Assembly: GCA_003279705.1 (NCBI GenBank)
Contig: QCGZ01000001.1
Coordinates: forward strand, 138,524 to 202,523
Direction: 5' to 3'
Length of the DNA stretch: 64,000 bases
Origin: OCS116 cluster bacterium AG-390-I16
GTDB taxonomy: Bacteria > Pseudomonadota > Alphaproteobacteria > MED-G09
Within the stretch, counting starts at the first letter, position 1; the number at the start of each line of letters is the position of its first letter. Position numbers and translations under genes: made by a program. The notes beneath the pieces are model-generated. The model was given only the letters and a program-made list of their open reading frames with translations. It made no database searches and was not told the DNA's origin. Below are positions 9,934-18,245 of this stretch, piece after piece.

Positions 9934-10332
9934 ATGACTGATTTAGAAGTAAAAGTTTCAATTAGAGAGCTATTAGATAGATATTGTGATGGGGTTAATC
10001 AAAGAGACTCAAAAATTTGGGGTAGCACATGGTCAAAAAATGCTATCTGGGAAATACCCCACTTAAATATAAAAAATGAAGGTAGGGAAAATATCATTAA
10101 TATTTGGACTGAAGCAATGAAAGGATACCCTTTTGTTCACATGATTGCTCAACCAGGATATATAAAAATAAATGGTAATGAGGCTGAGATGAGAAGCTAT
10201 ACTATTGAGGTCGCTGTCTTACCGGACGGTCAAGAATTAAGACCCTGTGGACAATATGATGATATTTGCATTCTCGAGGATGAAGAATGGAAATTTGCAA
10301 AAAGATCTTTTACTAATTTATACGGTGAATAA
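9934..10332 (+). CDS. NTF2/SnoaL-like fold protein
   Basis: IRELLDRYCDGVNQRDSKIW N-terminus typical of SnoaL_4/NTF2-like proteins; 132 aa. Confidence 0.6.
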   Translation: MTDLEVKVSIRELLDRYCDGVNQRDSKIWGSTWSKNAIWEIPHLNIKNEGRENIINIWTEAMKGYPFVHMIAQPGYIKINGNEAEMRSYTIEVAVLPDGQELRPCGQYDDICILEDEEWKFAKRSFTNLYGE

Positions 10333-10363
10333 ATATTCAAATATTTACAAATTGGTATTTTAA

Positions 10364-11005
10364 ATGAAATTTATAATTTTTGATTTAGATGACACACTTC
10401 TTTGTGGTGATTGTGAGAGAGAGTGGATAAATTTTCTATTCTTAAAAGGATTAATTGAAGACCCTAAATCAAAACTTGATCAATTTGATCAAAGCTATCG
10501 TAAAGGTGCTCTTGATTTTGAGGAATATTCAAATTTCATTCAAAGTCCAATTATAGGAATGACAAAAGCAAAAGTAGATAACTTTGTGAATGAGTTTATT
10601 CAGAAAAATATTAATACTTTAACTGATAAGTTAACCAATGAGTTACTTAACGAGGCAAACACTGCGGATAAAGTTTTAATTGCCTCAGGATCACATGATT
10701 ATCTTGTTGATGGTTTTACAAATTTTTTTAAAATAGATTCTGGTATCGGAACCTCAGCCGAATTAAAAAATAATATTTTTACAGGAGAATTAATAGGTGA
10801 GCCTACTTTTAGTAAAGGAAAAGTTAAGGCAGTAGAAAAATGGTGCTTAGATAATGGATTGCAAGTTAATCAATCTATTTTTTATTCAGACTCAATTAAT
10901 GATTTGCCAATGTTTGAATCTTGTGGTGTTCCAATAGCTGTAAATCCTGATGATAAATTAAGAAAAATTGCTGAAGAAAGATCTTTTAGGGTTATTAATA
11001 GATAG
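10364..11005 (+). CDS. HAD-IB (SerB-like) family hydrolase
   Basis: Motif I IIFDLDDTLL (DxDxT), a cap region, and the late DSINDLPM motif. Confidence 0.7.
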   Translation: MKFIIFDLDDTLLCGDCEREWINFLFLKGLIEDPKSKLDQFDQSYRKGALDFEEYSNFIQSPIIGMTKAKVDNFVNEFIQKNINTLTDKLTNELLNEANTADKVLIASGSHDYLVDGFTNFFKIDSGIGTSAELKNNIFTGELIGEPTFSKGKVKAVEKWCLDNGLQVNQSIFYSDSINDLPMFESCGVPIAVNPDDKLRKIAEERSFRVINR

Positions 11006-11045
11006 TTTTTATACAATAATTGTATAATATTTCAGATTAATTTTA

Positions 11046-11432
11046 ATGGAGAAAAAAATGTTTAGTCATGTAATGGTTGGTGCAAATAGTATTGAAGAGT
11101 CAAAAAAATTTTATGATGCTGTTCTTGGGGCTATTGGTTATGCGCCAGGGGTAATAGACCCTAAAGGCCGTTGCTTTTATGCAACTAAAAGTGGTATTTT
11201 TGCTTTAAGTGTTCCAATTGATGGTAATTCTGCGGGGCCTGGTAATGGAAGTACTGTCGGTTTTTCAGTAGATAGCCAAGAGGCAGGCGATGCATGGCAT
11301 GCTGCTGGTCTTGAAAATGGAGGATCTACTTGCGAGGACCCACCTGGGATTAGAGAAGACTCAAATATTTATCTAGCATATTTACGTGATCCAGCAGGTA
11401 ATAAAATATGTGCTCTTCATCGTTTAAGTTAA
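11046..11432 (+). CDS. VOC (glyoxalase/bleomycin-resistance/dioxygenase) family protein
   Basis: FSHVMVGANSIEESKKFYDAVLG N-terminus and C-terminal AYLRDPAGNKI, typical of the VOC fold. Confidence 0.7.
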   Translation: MEKKMFSHVMVGANSIEESKKFYDAVLGAIGYAPGVIDPKGRCFYATKSGIFALSVPIDGNSAGPGNGSTVGFSVDSQEAGDAWHAAGLENGGSTCEDPPGIREDSNIYLAYLRDPAGNKICALHRLS

Positions 11433-11433
11433 A

Positions 11434-11895
11434 ATGAGCATTAAGCAAAATAAAGAGCTTATTGAAAAATGGTATCATGCATTAGCTGATGGTGATTTCG
11501 AAACTATTTTTGATATGCATCATGAAGATGTCGTTTATAATATGCTTGGCAATACTCCAGTTTCTGGAAGAATTTATGGAAAAGATTCTTGTTGCAATGG
11601 AATGATAGGTCAAAAATTACTAGAAAAATTAATTCCAGAAGAAATAAAATTTTCTAAAGAATGGAAAATTATAGCTGCTGAAGGTGATAGAGTGGTTGGT
11701 GTAATGAAGGGTGGAGGTCCTTGTAAAAATGGTGAAAATTACGAGCAAACTTACTGTGAAATTTTTACAATTAGTGATGGAAAGATTATCGAGCTTCATG
11801 CTTTTTTCGATACAGTTTTAATAGAGCAATGTCTTTTTGATAATTCGTTAAAACGGAAATCAAGTGCTGTAAAAGATCCTTTTCAAATTAGTTAA
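11434..11895 (+). CDS. SnoaL-like/ketosteroid-isomerase-like fold protein
   Basis: NKELIEKWYHALADGDFETIFDMHHEDVVY start typical of the SnoaL-like family; the ATG overlaps the upstream stop region (TAAAATG). Confidence 0.6.
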   Translation: MSIKQNKELIEKWYHALADGDFETIFDMHHEDVVYNMLGNTPVSGRIYGKDSCCNGMIGQKLLEKLIPEEIKFSKEWKIIAAEGDRVVGVMKGGGPCKNGENYEQTYCEIFTISDGKIIELHAFFDTVLIEQCLFDNSLKRKSSAVKDPFQIS

Positions 11896-11911
11896 AAATT
11901 AGGAGAAAATT

Positions 11912-12685
11912 ATGTTGGAAGGTAAAAGAATTATTGTAACTGGTTCAGCTAGAGGAATGGGTGAGGCTACTTTAAGGGCTTATGTTGAAGCTGGAGCTAA
12001 TGTCGTTGGGATGGATGTTTCAGATGATGCAGGTGAATCAGTTTCTATTAAAGCTAATCAAACTGGACCAGGAAAATCCTCCTATCTTAATGTTGATGTT
12101 TCCGAAAAGTCTAGTGTTGAAAAGTCTTTTTCCAAAGCTGTTGAAATTCTCGGAGGGTTAGATGTTCTAGCTCATCCTGCCGCAATTCAAAGAGCATCCG
12201 ATGCTTCGGATGTGAGTGTTGAAGATTGGGATTTAATGTTTTCAGTAAATGTTAAAGGTACGATGTTAACTAATCAAACTGCATATAAATACATGAAAAA
12301 AAGTGGTGGTGGTTCCATAATTAATTTTGGATCAATTTCTGGACTTAGACCAGAGCCAAGCGCATCAGCTTATTCTGCTGCTAAAGGCGCAGTTCATTCC
12401 TGGACAAGAACAGCCTCAGGTACATGGGGTAAAGATAATATAAGAGTAAATGCTATTCTTCCAGCAATGGCGACACCTATGTATTATGCAGCTAGAGAGC
12501 GATCAACAGAAGAGGAAAATATTGCAGCTCATTGGAGAAATTCTGTTCCTATTTCACTTGGTCAGGAATATGGGGATCCTGATAAAGATTTGGCACCAGT
12601 TATGGTTTTTTTTGCATCTGATTCCTCTAAATTCATAACAGGGCAGTTAATACCTGTTGATGGAGGACAAACAGCTGGTCTTTAA
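11912..12685 (+). CDS. short-chain dehydrogenase/reductase (SDR)
   Basis: VTGSARGMGEAT, NFGSISG and YSAAKGA motifs; C-terminal ITGQLIPVDGG. Confidence 0.85.
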   Translation: MLEGKRIIVTGSARGMGEATLRAYVEAGANVVGMDVSDDAGESVSIKANQTGPGKSSYLNVDVSEKSSVEKSFSKAVEILGGLDVLAHPAAIQRASDASDVSVEDWDLMFSVNVKGTMLTNQTAYKYMKKSGGGSIINFGSISGLRPEPSASAYSAAKGAVHSWTRTASGTWGKDNIRVNAILPAMATPMYYAARERSTEEENIAAHWRNSVPISLGQEYGDPDKDLAPVMVFFASDSSKFITGQLIPVDGGQTAGL

Positions 12686-13601
12686 AACAAAATTAATTAA
12701 TTTTTTTTTGTTAATTTCACTAATTGTTATTTTCTTAACATCTAATGTAGTTCTATCAATTCTTCTTGGGATATTTTTCTCTTTTTTTTTAAAACCATCT
12801 AAAGATTTCTTCTTAATAAAAATTGGGTCCATCCCTATTCAACTTGGAGTTGTTTTACTAGGTTTTACAATAAATATTCCATATGCAATTAGTATTGGTT
12901 CAGATTACTTTGTTTGGATTTTATTATTTGTTATTTTTGTCTTTCTAATTGGCCTTTTTATTAGCGTATTTTTTAAAATTGAAAAAAATATTGCCTATCT
13001 TTTAACTGCCGGTACAGCAATTTGTGGGGGAACTGCAATTGCTGCTGTAGCTCCTATAATTAAAGCTAAGCCAGAACAAGTTTTTTCTACCATTACTGTC
13101 GTTTTTCTTTTTAATGCCATAGCAATAATTTTCTTTCCTATCTTAGGTGGTTATCTGAATTTAAATAACTATCAATTTGGAGTTTGGTCAGCTCTAGCTA
13201 TTCACGATACTAGTTCAGTAATTGCCTCAGCGCTTTCTTATAGTAATGAGTCTGCTCAAGTTGCTGCAACAATAAAAATTTTAAGAACACTTTGGATAGT
13301 TCCATTAGTTTTGATATCAGGAATTCTTTATAAAAATATTCAATCAAATATTAGTTTTCCAAAATTTATTTTATTTTTTGTGATGGCGATTTTATTTGGT
13401 TCAGTTTTAAATTTCGATGAGAATATTACTTTAATTTTTAAAACTATTAGTCAATATATACTCCTTTTTGGCCTTTTTTGTATTGGTTTTCAATTAAACA
13501 TTCGCGATTTAAAAAAATTAAATTATAAATCCTTGTTTTTTGCATTAGGTTTATGGTTAGTTGTAATTCCAATATCTTATATAATTGTTTTACTAAACTG
13601 A
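12657..13601 (+). CDS. YeiH/UPF0324 family membrane protein (putative sulfate exporter family)
   Basis: Polytopic membrane protein with the AGTAICGGTAIAAVAP signature I associate with YeiH. The start is uncertain: the ATG at 12657 overlaps the SDR by 29 nt, and an in-frame TTG near 12708 is an alternative. Confidence 0.6.
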   Translation: MMEDKQLVFKTKLINFFLLISLIVIFLTSNVVLSILLGIFFSFFLKPSKDFFLIKIGSIPIQLGVVLLGFTINIPYAISIGSDYFVWILLFVIFVFLIGLFISVFFKIEKNIAYLLTAGTAICGGTAIAAVAPIIKAKPEQVFSTITVVFLFNAIAIIFFPILGGYLNLNNYQFGVWSALAIHDTSSVIASALSYSNESAQVAATIKILRTLWIVPLVLISGILYKNIQSNISFPKFILFFVMAILFGSVLNFDENITLIFKTISQYILLFGLFCIGFQLNIRDLKKLNYKSLFFALGLWLVVIPISYIIVLLN

Positions 13602-13619
13602 GCTTAAGTAGGAAGAAAT

Positions 13620-14639
13620 ATGATTGAAATGGAAGTAAAAAATAGATTTTGGGTAATGAAAAAATTACCTGACGGAAATGATTTTGAAAGCGCCCTTGAA
13701 ATTAAAGAAGAAAATAAAATAATTATTCCTGAAGGTTGCTTTGCTACGAAAAATAAATATCTCTCAATGGATGCAGGAACCAGAATGTATATGACAGAGA
13801 GAGAAGATTCGTATCAACCACCAATCCCTATAGGTGAGAAATTAATGGGCACAGTTTTAGGGGAAGTTATAGAGAGTAATCATCCAGAGTATAAGAAAGG
13901 TGATGTTTTGAGATCGTATGGTCAATGGTCGGATTATTCAGTAGTTGACCCAACAGCAATGTATCCAAGTAAAGTTAATACTAATGATACTGATTTAGTT
14001 AATTATGTTGGTATTTATGGTGCAAATGGATGGACTGCCTATGTAGGTGTTATAAACACAGGAAAGGTTAAGGCTGGTGATACTTTTGTAGTATCAGCTG
14101 CTGCAGGTTGTACTGGTTTAATGGCTGGACAAATTGCAAAAATTGCTGGTTGTAAGGTTATTGGAATCGCAGGAAGCGATGAAAAATGTAACCTAATCTG
14201 CAATGATTATGGATTTGATGGATCCATAAATTATAAAACTGAAAATATTTCAGATAAATTAAAAGAGATTTGTCCTGAGGGAGTAAATGTTTATTTTGAT
14301 AATGTTGCTGGTTCAACATTGGATTCTGTTCTAGAAAATATGGCTAATTTTGGGGTAATTGCTGTATGCGGTTTATTGGAAAATTATGCTTCTAAGGAAC
14401 GTTTACCTGGGCCGTATAATTATGATCTTATTTTAATGAAAAGGCTGAGGTTTGAAGGTTTTTTTTCACCAGATTTTTATAATAGAGAGGCTGAAATAAA
14501 TCCAATTTTAAAAAAATGGGATAATGAAGGCCTTTTAAAACTACCTATTGAAATTACTGATGGTTTAGAGAATTTAGTATCCGCCTATTCCAAACTTTTT
14601 ATTGGAGGTAATGTTGGAAAGGTTGTTGTTAAAGTTTAA
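13620..14639 (+). CDS. NADP-dependent oxidoreductase, zinc-independent MDR (PTGR1/YncB alkenal/one reductase type)
   Basis: AAAGCTGLMAGQIAKIAGCKVIGIAGS cofactor motif, no Zn ligands, C-terminal GKVVVKV. Confidence 0.8.
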   Translation: MIEMEVKNRFWVMKKLPDGNDFESALEIKEENKIIIPEGCFATKNKYLSMDAGTRMYMTEREDSYQPPIPIGEKLMGTVLGEVIESNHPEYKKGDVLRSYGQWSDYSVVDPTAMYPSKVNTNDTDLVNYVGIYGANGWTAYVGVINTGKVKAGDTFVVSAAAGCTGLMAGQIAKIAGCKVIGIAGSDEKCNLICNDYGFDGSINYKTENISDKLKEICPEGVNVYFDNVAGSTLDSVLENMANFGVIAVCGLLENYASKERLPGPYNYDLILMKRLRFEGFFSPDFYNREAEINPILKKWDNEGLLKLPIEITDGLENLVSAYSKLFIGGNVGKVVVKV

Positions 14640-14648
14640 AAAATTTTT

Positions 14649-14669
14649 TGATATTAATAATTAATATCA
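14649..14669. repeat. 21-bp perfect palindrome (TGATATTAAT-A-ATTAATATCA); possible weak terminator or operator
   Basis: Read directly: 10-bp arms with a 1-nt centre, located 10 nt after the MDR stop and followed by TTTACTTTT. Confidence 0.5.
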
Positions 14670-14725
14670 TTTACTTTTCCTATCAATAGACTAATGTTAT
14701 TTTTATTAAAAATGGAGGTATTAAT

Positions 14726-15139
14726 ATGATTATGGATGAATTTCAAATATGGAGCTTATGGAGCTCAAATAGAATTGGATCTGGTTTAGTGGGTGTAGGA
14801 ACTATTCTGGGTGTATGGTTATCAATGCGAATTGCAATGAATACAAGAAATAACCCTGAAACAAATCTTTTTACTAAGATTGTTTCAAGTGCTTTTGGTT
14901 TAGTAATTCTTGCTTTTGCTTGGATTAATACCACCACAATTGCAAATACTTGGATTGCAGCAGCTAGAGGTCTTTCCGATTTAAAAGAAAGCGGTACTGC
15001 AATTTCAAGTGGTTCTGAAGGCTATATTGATTATGTAGGAACTACTGACGCAGTTTCTATGCCAATGCCTCTTGCATTAGCATTTATTGTTGTTTCTGGA
15101 ATAATTATTTTAGGACAAATATGGATACCAAAGAAATAA
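14726..15139 (+). CDS. hypothetical small membrane protein (3-4 TM)
   Basis: 137-aa ORF with its own RBS (GGAGG 7 nt upstream) and a strong downstream terminator; hydrophobic helices; no family recognised. Confidence 0.55.
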   Translation: MIMDEFQIWSLWSSNRIGSGLVGVGTILGVWLSMRIAMNTRNNPETNLFTKIVSSAFGLVILAFAWINTTTIANTWIAAARGLSDLKESGTAISSGSEGYIDYVGTTDAVSMPMPLALAFIVVSGIIILGQIWIPKK

Positions 15140-15161
15140 AGTTCTATTTTCTTAAGTAATT

Positions 15162-15192
15162 AAAAACGCTCAAATTTTGGGCGTTTTTTTTT
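15162..15192 (+). terminator. rho-independent terminator
   Basis: AAAAACGCTCAAA-tt-TTTGGGCGTTTTTTTTT: a GC-containing stem (one G:U pair) followed by a 9-T run, about 25 nt after the stop at 15139. Confidence 0.65.
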
Positions 15193-15243
15193 ATTTAATT
15201 TTTATAGTATAATAATTATTAATTTAAATTTAAGGGGGTTATT

Positions 15244-15606
15244 ATGATTAAAGTAATTATGCTTATGAAAAGAAGACCAGGAATGACTGTCTCTGAATTT
15301 AGAGATTATTACGAAAATAATCACAGAGTTATAGGTGAAAAATACCTTAATGGTTTTGCAGTTAAATATATTAGACGTTTTATAAACCCTCTTGTTGATA
15401 GATCAGGTAATTTAACTGATCCTGAGTACGATGTTTTAATGGAGGTTTGGTATCCTGATGAAGAAACTCTTAAGGCCTGTGGAGAGAAATTAAGTGAGCC
15501 AGATATTGCAAAAGAGATAAGAGAAGATGAAGAAAAGATTTTTGATACTCGCTTTATGAGATCTTATACTGTTGATGAATTTGAGTCAGAACTTAAAATA
15601 TTATAA
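15244..15606 (+). CDS. EthD domain protein
   Basis: IKVIMLMKRRPGMTVSEFRDYYENNH N-terminus typical of EthD-like ferredoxin-fold proteins; RBS AAGGGGG. Confidence 0.5.
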   Translation: MIKVIMLMKRRPGMTVSEFRDYYENNHRVIGEKYLNGFAVKYIRRFINPLVDRSGNLTDPEYDVLMEVWYPDEETLKACGEKLSEPDIAKEIREDEEKIFDTRFMRSYTVDEFESELKIL

Positions 15607-15612
15607 GAAAAC

Positions 15613-16083
15613 TTAGTCTACCTTCCATTGAATAATTTCAACAACATAGTTATCAAGGTCGCGACCTAATCCAACTAAGCCATCTATTGTATAATGAGGA
15701 AGAGCGTATCTATCTATTTTCCCACCAGCATTTTCAATTTTTTTCATAACAGCTTTTGCGTCTTCGACTTCAAAGACAATTTTTACATTATCACCATCAT
15801 ATTCTTTTTCATCTTTAGGCCAATTCATTAGCACCAATAATGTTCCAGGTTTATCTTTGTAGCCAAGAACAACCTCATTAAGATAGCTTTCTGATCCATC
15901 TGCGTTATCAACAATAACATTGTCATAAGTTCCGATAATTTCTAAACCTAGTATTTCTTGATAAAACTTTGTTGATTTTTCTATATTAGATACACCTATT
16001 CCAACAAATCCTAATTTAGAATTTGCATTAAAAGAAATAAAAAAAGTTAAACAAAAAGTTAATGAAATTAAAATTAGTCGCAT
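15613..16083 (-). CDS. VOC/glyoxalase family protein with N-terminal signal peptide
   Basis: MRLILISLTFCLTFFISFNANS signal-like leader, then GIGVSNIEKSTKFYQEILGLE and a C-terminal DLDNYVVEI VOC pattern. Confidence 0.65.
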   Translation of the reverse strand: MRLILISLTFCLTFFISFNANSKLGFVGIGVSNIEKSTKFYQEILGLEIIGTYDNVIVDNADGSESYLNEVVLGYKDKPGTLLVLMNWPKDEKEYDGDNVKIVFEVEDAKAVMKKIENAGGKIDRYALPHYTIDGLVGLGRDLDNYVVEIIQWKVD

Positions 16084-16260
16084 TTAACCCTCCCGCAAAA
16101 ATTTAAATAATAAATTAATGTTTACATTATAAAATTAATATATGGAATTAGTATTTACCTATAGATGCTAATTTTTAACTAGATTAATAGCTCTGATTGC
16201 AGTAATTTTATTAACTGTATCAGGGCCATTTTTTTATAATTTTTTATATAGGATTTTTAC

Positions 16261-16872
16261 ATGTTGAAAGTTCATTTTGCACCAAATTCTCGGGCTGGAA
16301 GAATAATTTGGTTATTAGAGGAGTTACAGCTTCATTATGAAGTTAATAATATGGCTTTTCACCCAAAAGATCTTAAGTCAGATGAGCATAGAAAAAGACA
16401 CCCTTTGGGCCGTATTCCAGTTTTAGATGATGGTGATATTAGAATTTACGAGTCTGGTGCAATAGTTGAGTATATATTAGAGCGCCATAAAAATGGTGGA
16501 CTTAAACCCAGTATCAATTCTGAAGAATATCCTCAGTATTTACAATGGTTTCATTATTGTGAGGGAATGGTAATGCCTCCAATAAATACAATAGTTGTTC
16601 AAACAATTTTATTACCAGAAGATAGAAGAGACGAAACAGTTCTAAATCAAGCAAAGAGTCTTTTAACAAAAGCTCTAATTCCTGTTGATGAAAACTTAAT
16701 GAACAAAGAGTATCTAATTGGTGATTTTTCTGCCGCCGATATTATGCTTGGTCACGCTTGTTTTATGAGTAATAGAATGGGTTGTGTTACTGATGAAATG
16801 GTTAATTTAAAAGGCTATGTTAATCGTATATCTGAAAGACCTTGTTTTAAAACTGCTATAGAAATGAAATAG
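16261..16872 (+). CDS. glutathione S-transferase
   Basis: Thioredoxin-like N-domain with RIPVLDDGDIRIYESGAIVEYI (GSH site) and a helical C-domain. Confidence 0.8.
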   Translation: MLKVHFAPNSRAGRIIWLLEELQLHYEVNNMAFHPKDLKSDEHRKRHPLGRIPVLDDGDIRIYESGAIVEYILERHKNGGLKPSINSEEYPQYLQWFHYCEGMVMPPINTIVVQTILLPEDRRDETVLNQAKSLLTKALIPVDENLMNKEYLIGDFSAADIMLGHACFMSNRMGCVTDEMVNLKGYVNRISERPCFKTAIEMK

Positions 16873-16882
16873 GCTTATCAAC

Positions 16883-17563
16883 ATGTACAAATTTTGGACA
16901 GTTGATGTATTAAGATTTGTAACTATTTTTTTTACTATTTCAGTTTTTATATCAATGCTTTTCTATCCTGGTGGGAATATTCACGATCCATTACAGATCG
17001 GTTATTCAATTAGTCATAACTTTTTAAGTGATCTTGGTGGTTACAAATCTCAGTCGGGTTTACCAAATTTCATTTCCTTTTTAATTTTCAATTTTTCTAT
17101 GATTTTATTTACCTTAATTGGTATTTCTTTTTTGTTCATTCCCAAATTATTTAAAGAAGATATTATAAGTTTTATAATTTCAATTATTGGTTCTGTATTT
17201 CTTTTTTTTGGAACCCTTTTTTTTGCTGGAGTTGGTTTAACCCCCTATGATTTGTATCTAGATGAACATATTTTTTTCGCTATAAACGCTTTTAGACTTC
17301 TTGTTCCAGGGTTGATTTTGTATTTTTTTGTTCTTATACGAAGTGGTGTGAGTAAGAAATATGCAGTAATGATTTTTTGTTTATTATTTTTTACTTTTTT
17401 ATATGTTGTTTATCAAATTTTGAGTGATAGTCCGTTAACTAGTATTGAGCAAATGGTAGAGCAGGCAATAATTCAGAAAATTATTACTTTAGTGAATATT
17501 ATATGTATGTTTTTTCTAAGTTTTGCTTTTTCTGAAAGATTAAAAGATATAAAACTTAATTAG
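16883..17563 (+). CDS. hypothetical polytopic membrane protein (DUF998-like)
   Basis: About 6 TM helices; YPGGN....ISHNFLSDLGG resembles DUF998 (weak, from memory). Confidence 0.45.
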   Translation: MYKFWTVDVLRFVTIFFTISVFISMLFYPGGNIHDPLQIGYSISHNFLSDLGGYKSQSGLPNFISFLIFNFSMILFTLIGISFLFIPKLFKEDIISFIISIIGSVFLFFGTLFFAGVGLTPYDLYLDEHIFFAINAFRLLVPGLILYFFVLIRSGVSKKYAVMIFCLLFFTFLYVVYQILSDSPLTSIEQMVEQAIIQKIITLVNIICMFFLSFAFSERLKDIKLN

Positions 17564-17582
17564 AATTTTTTTGAGGATCTTT

Positions 17583-18158
17583 ATGACAAAAAATTTAACA
17601 CCAATTATCGAAGCTAATAATAAATATAGCAAAGAATTTGATAAAGGTGATTTATCAGCACAACCAAAAAAAAATTTAGCTATTTTAACATGCATGGATG
17701 CCAGGTTTGACCCTGCTAAAGCATTGGGTCTTGAGGAGGGCGATGCTCATGTAATAAGGAATGCCGGAGGAAGGGTTACGGATGATGCAATTAGATCACT
17801 AGTTGTTTCGCATAAATTACTAGGAACAATTGAATGGATACTGATCCAGCACACTGATTGCGGTATGCAAAAAATTTCAGATGAAACAATTGCAAAATTA
17901 CTGGAGGATGATTTAGAAACAGCATCTTTCAATGGAAAATCTTGGTCAAATAATAATGCTCAAAGTGAAAACTCCAAACCTGGCTCTAAAGAAGGCCATA
18001 AAATTAATTGGTATACCTTTTCTAGTTTAAAACAAAGTATGACAGAAGACTTAAAAATCATTAAAAGTCATAGTCTTATACCCAGTAATATTAAAATTCA
18101 TGGTTTTATATACGAAGTAAGTTCAGGAAAGCTGATCAAGATAGAAGATTATAAATAA
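17583..18158 (+). CDS. beta-class carbonic anhydrase-like protein (clade D/Cab-like)
   Basis: Zn-ligand motifs CMDAR and HTDCGM. The ATG at 17583 is more plausible than the track's TTG at 17571. Confidence 0.8.
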   Translation: MTKNLTPIIEANNKYSKEFDKGDLSAQPKKNLAILTCMDARFDPAKALGLEEGDAHVIRNAGGRVTDDAIRSLVVSHKLLGTIEWILIQHTDCGMQKISDETIAKLLEDDLETASFNGKSWSNNNAQSENSKPGSKEGHKINWYTFSSLKQSMTEDLKIIKSHSLIPSNIKIHGFIYEVSSGKLIKIEDYK

Positions 18159-18245
18159 ATACAATCTTTTTAGATTAACAAACTGTGACATTTTAAACCT
18201 TGTAATTATCTAATAAATTTGTTTTTTAACATCTAAATTTAATGA

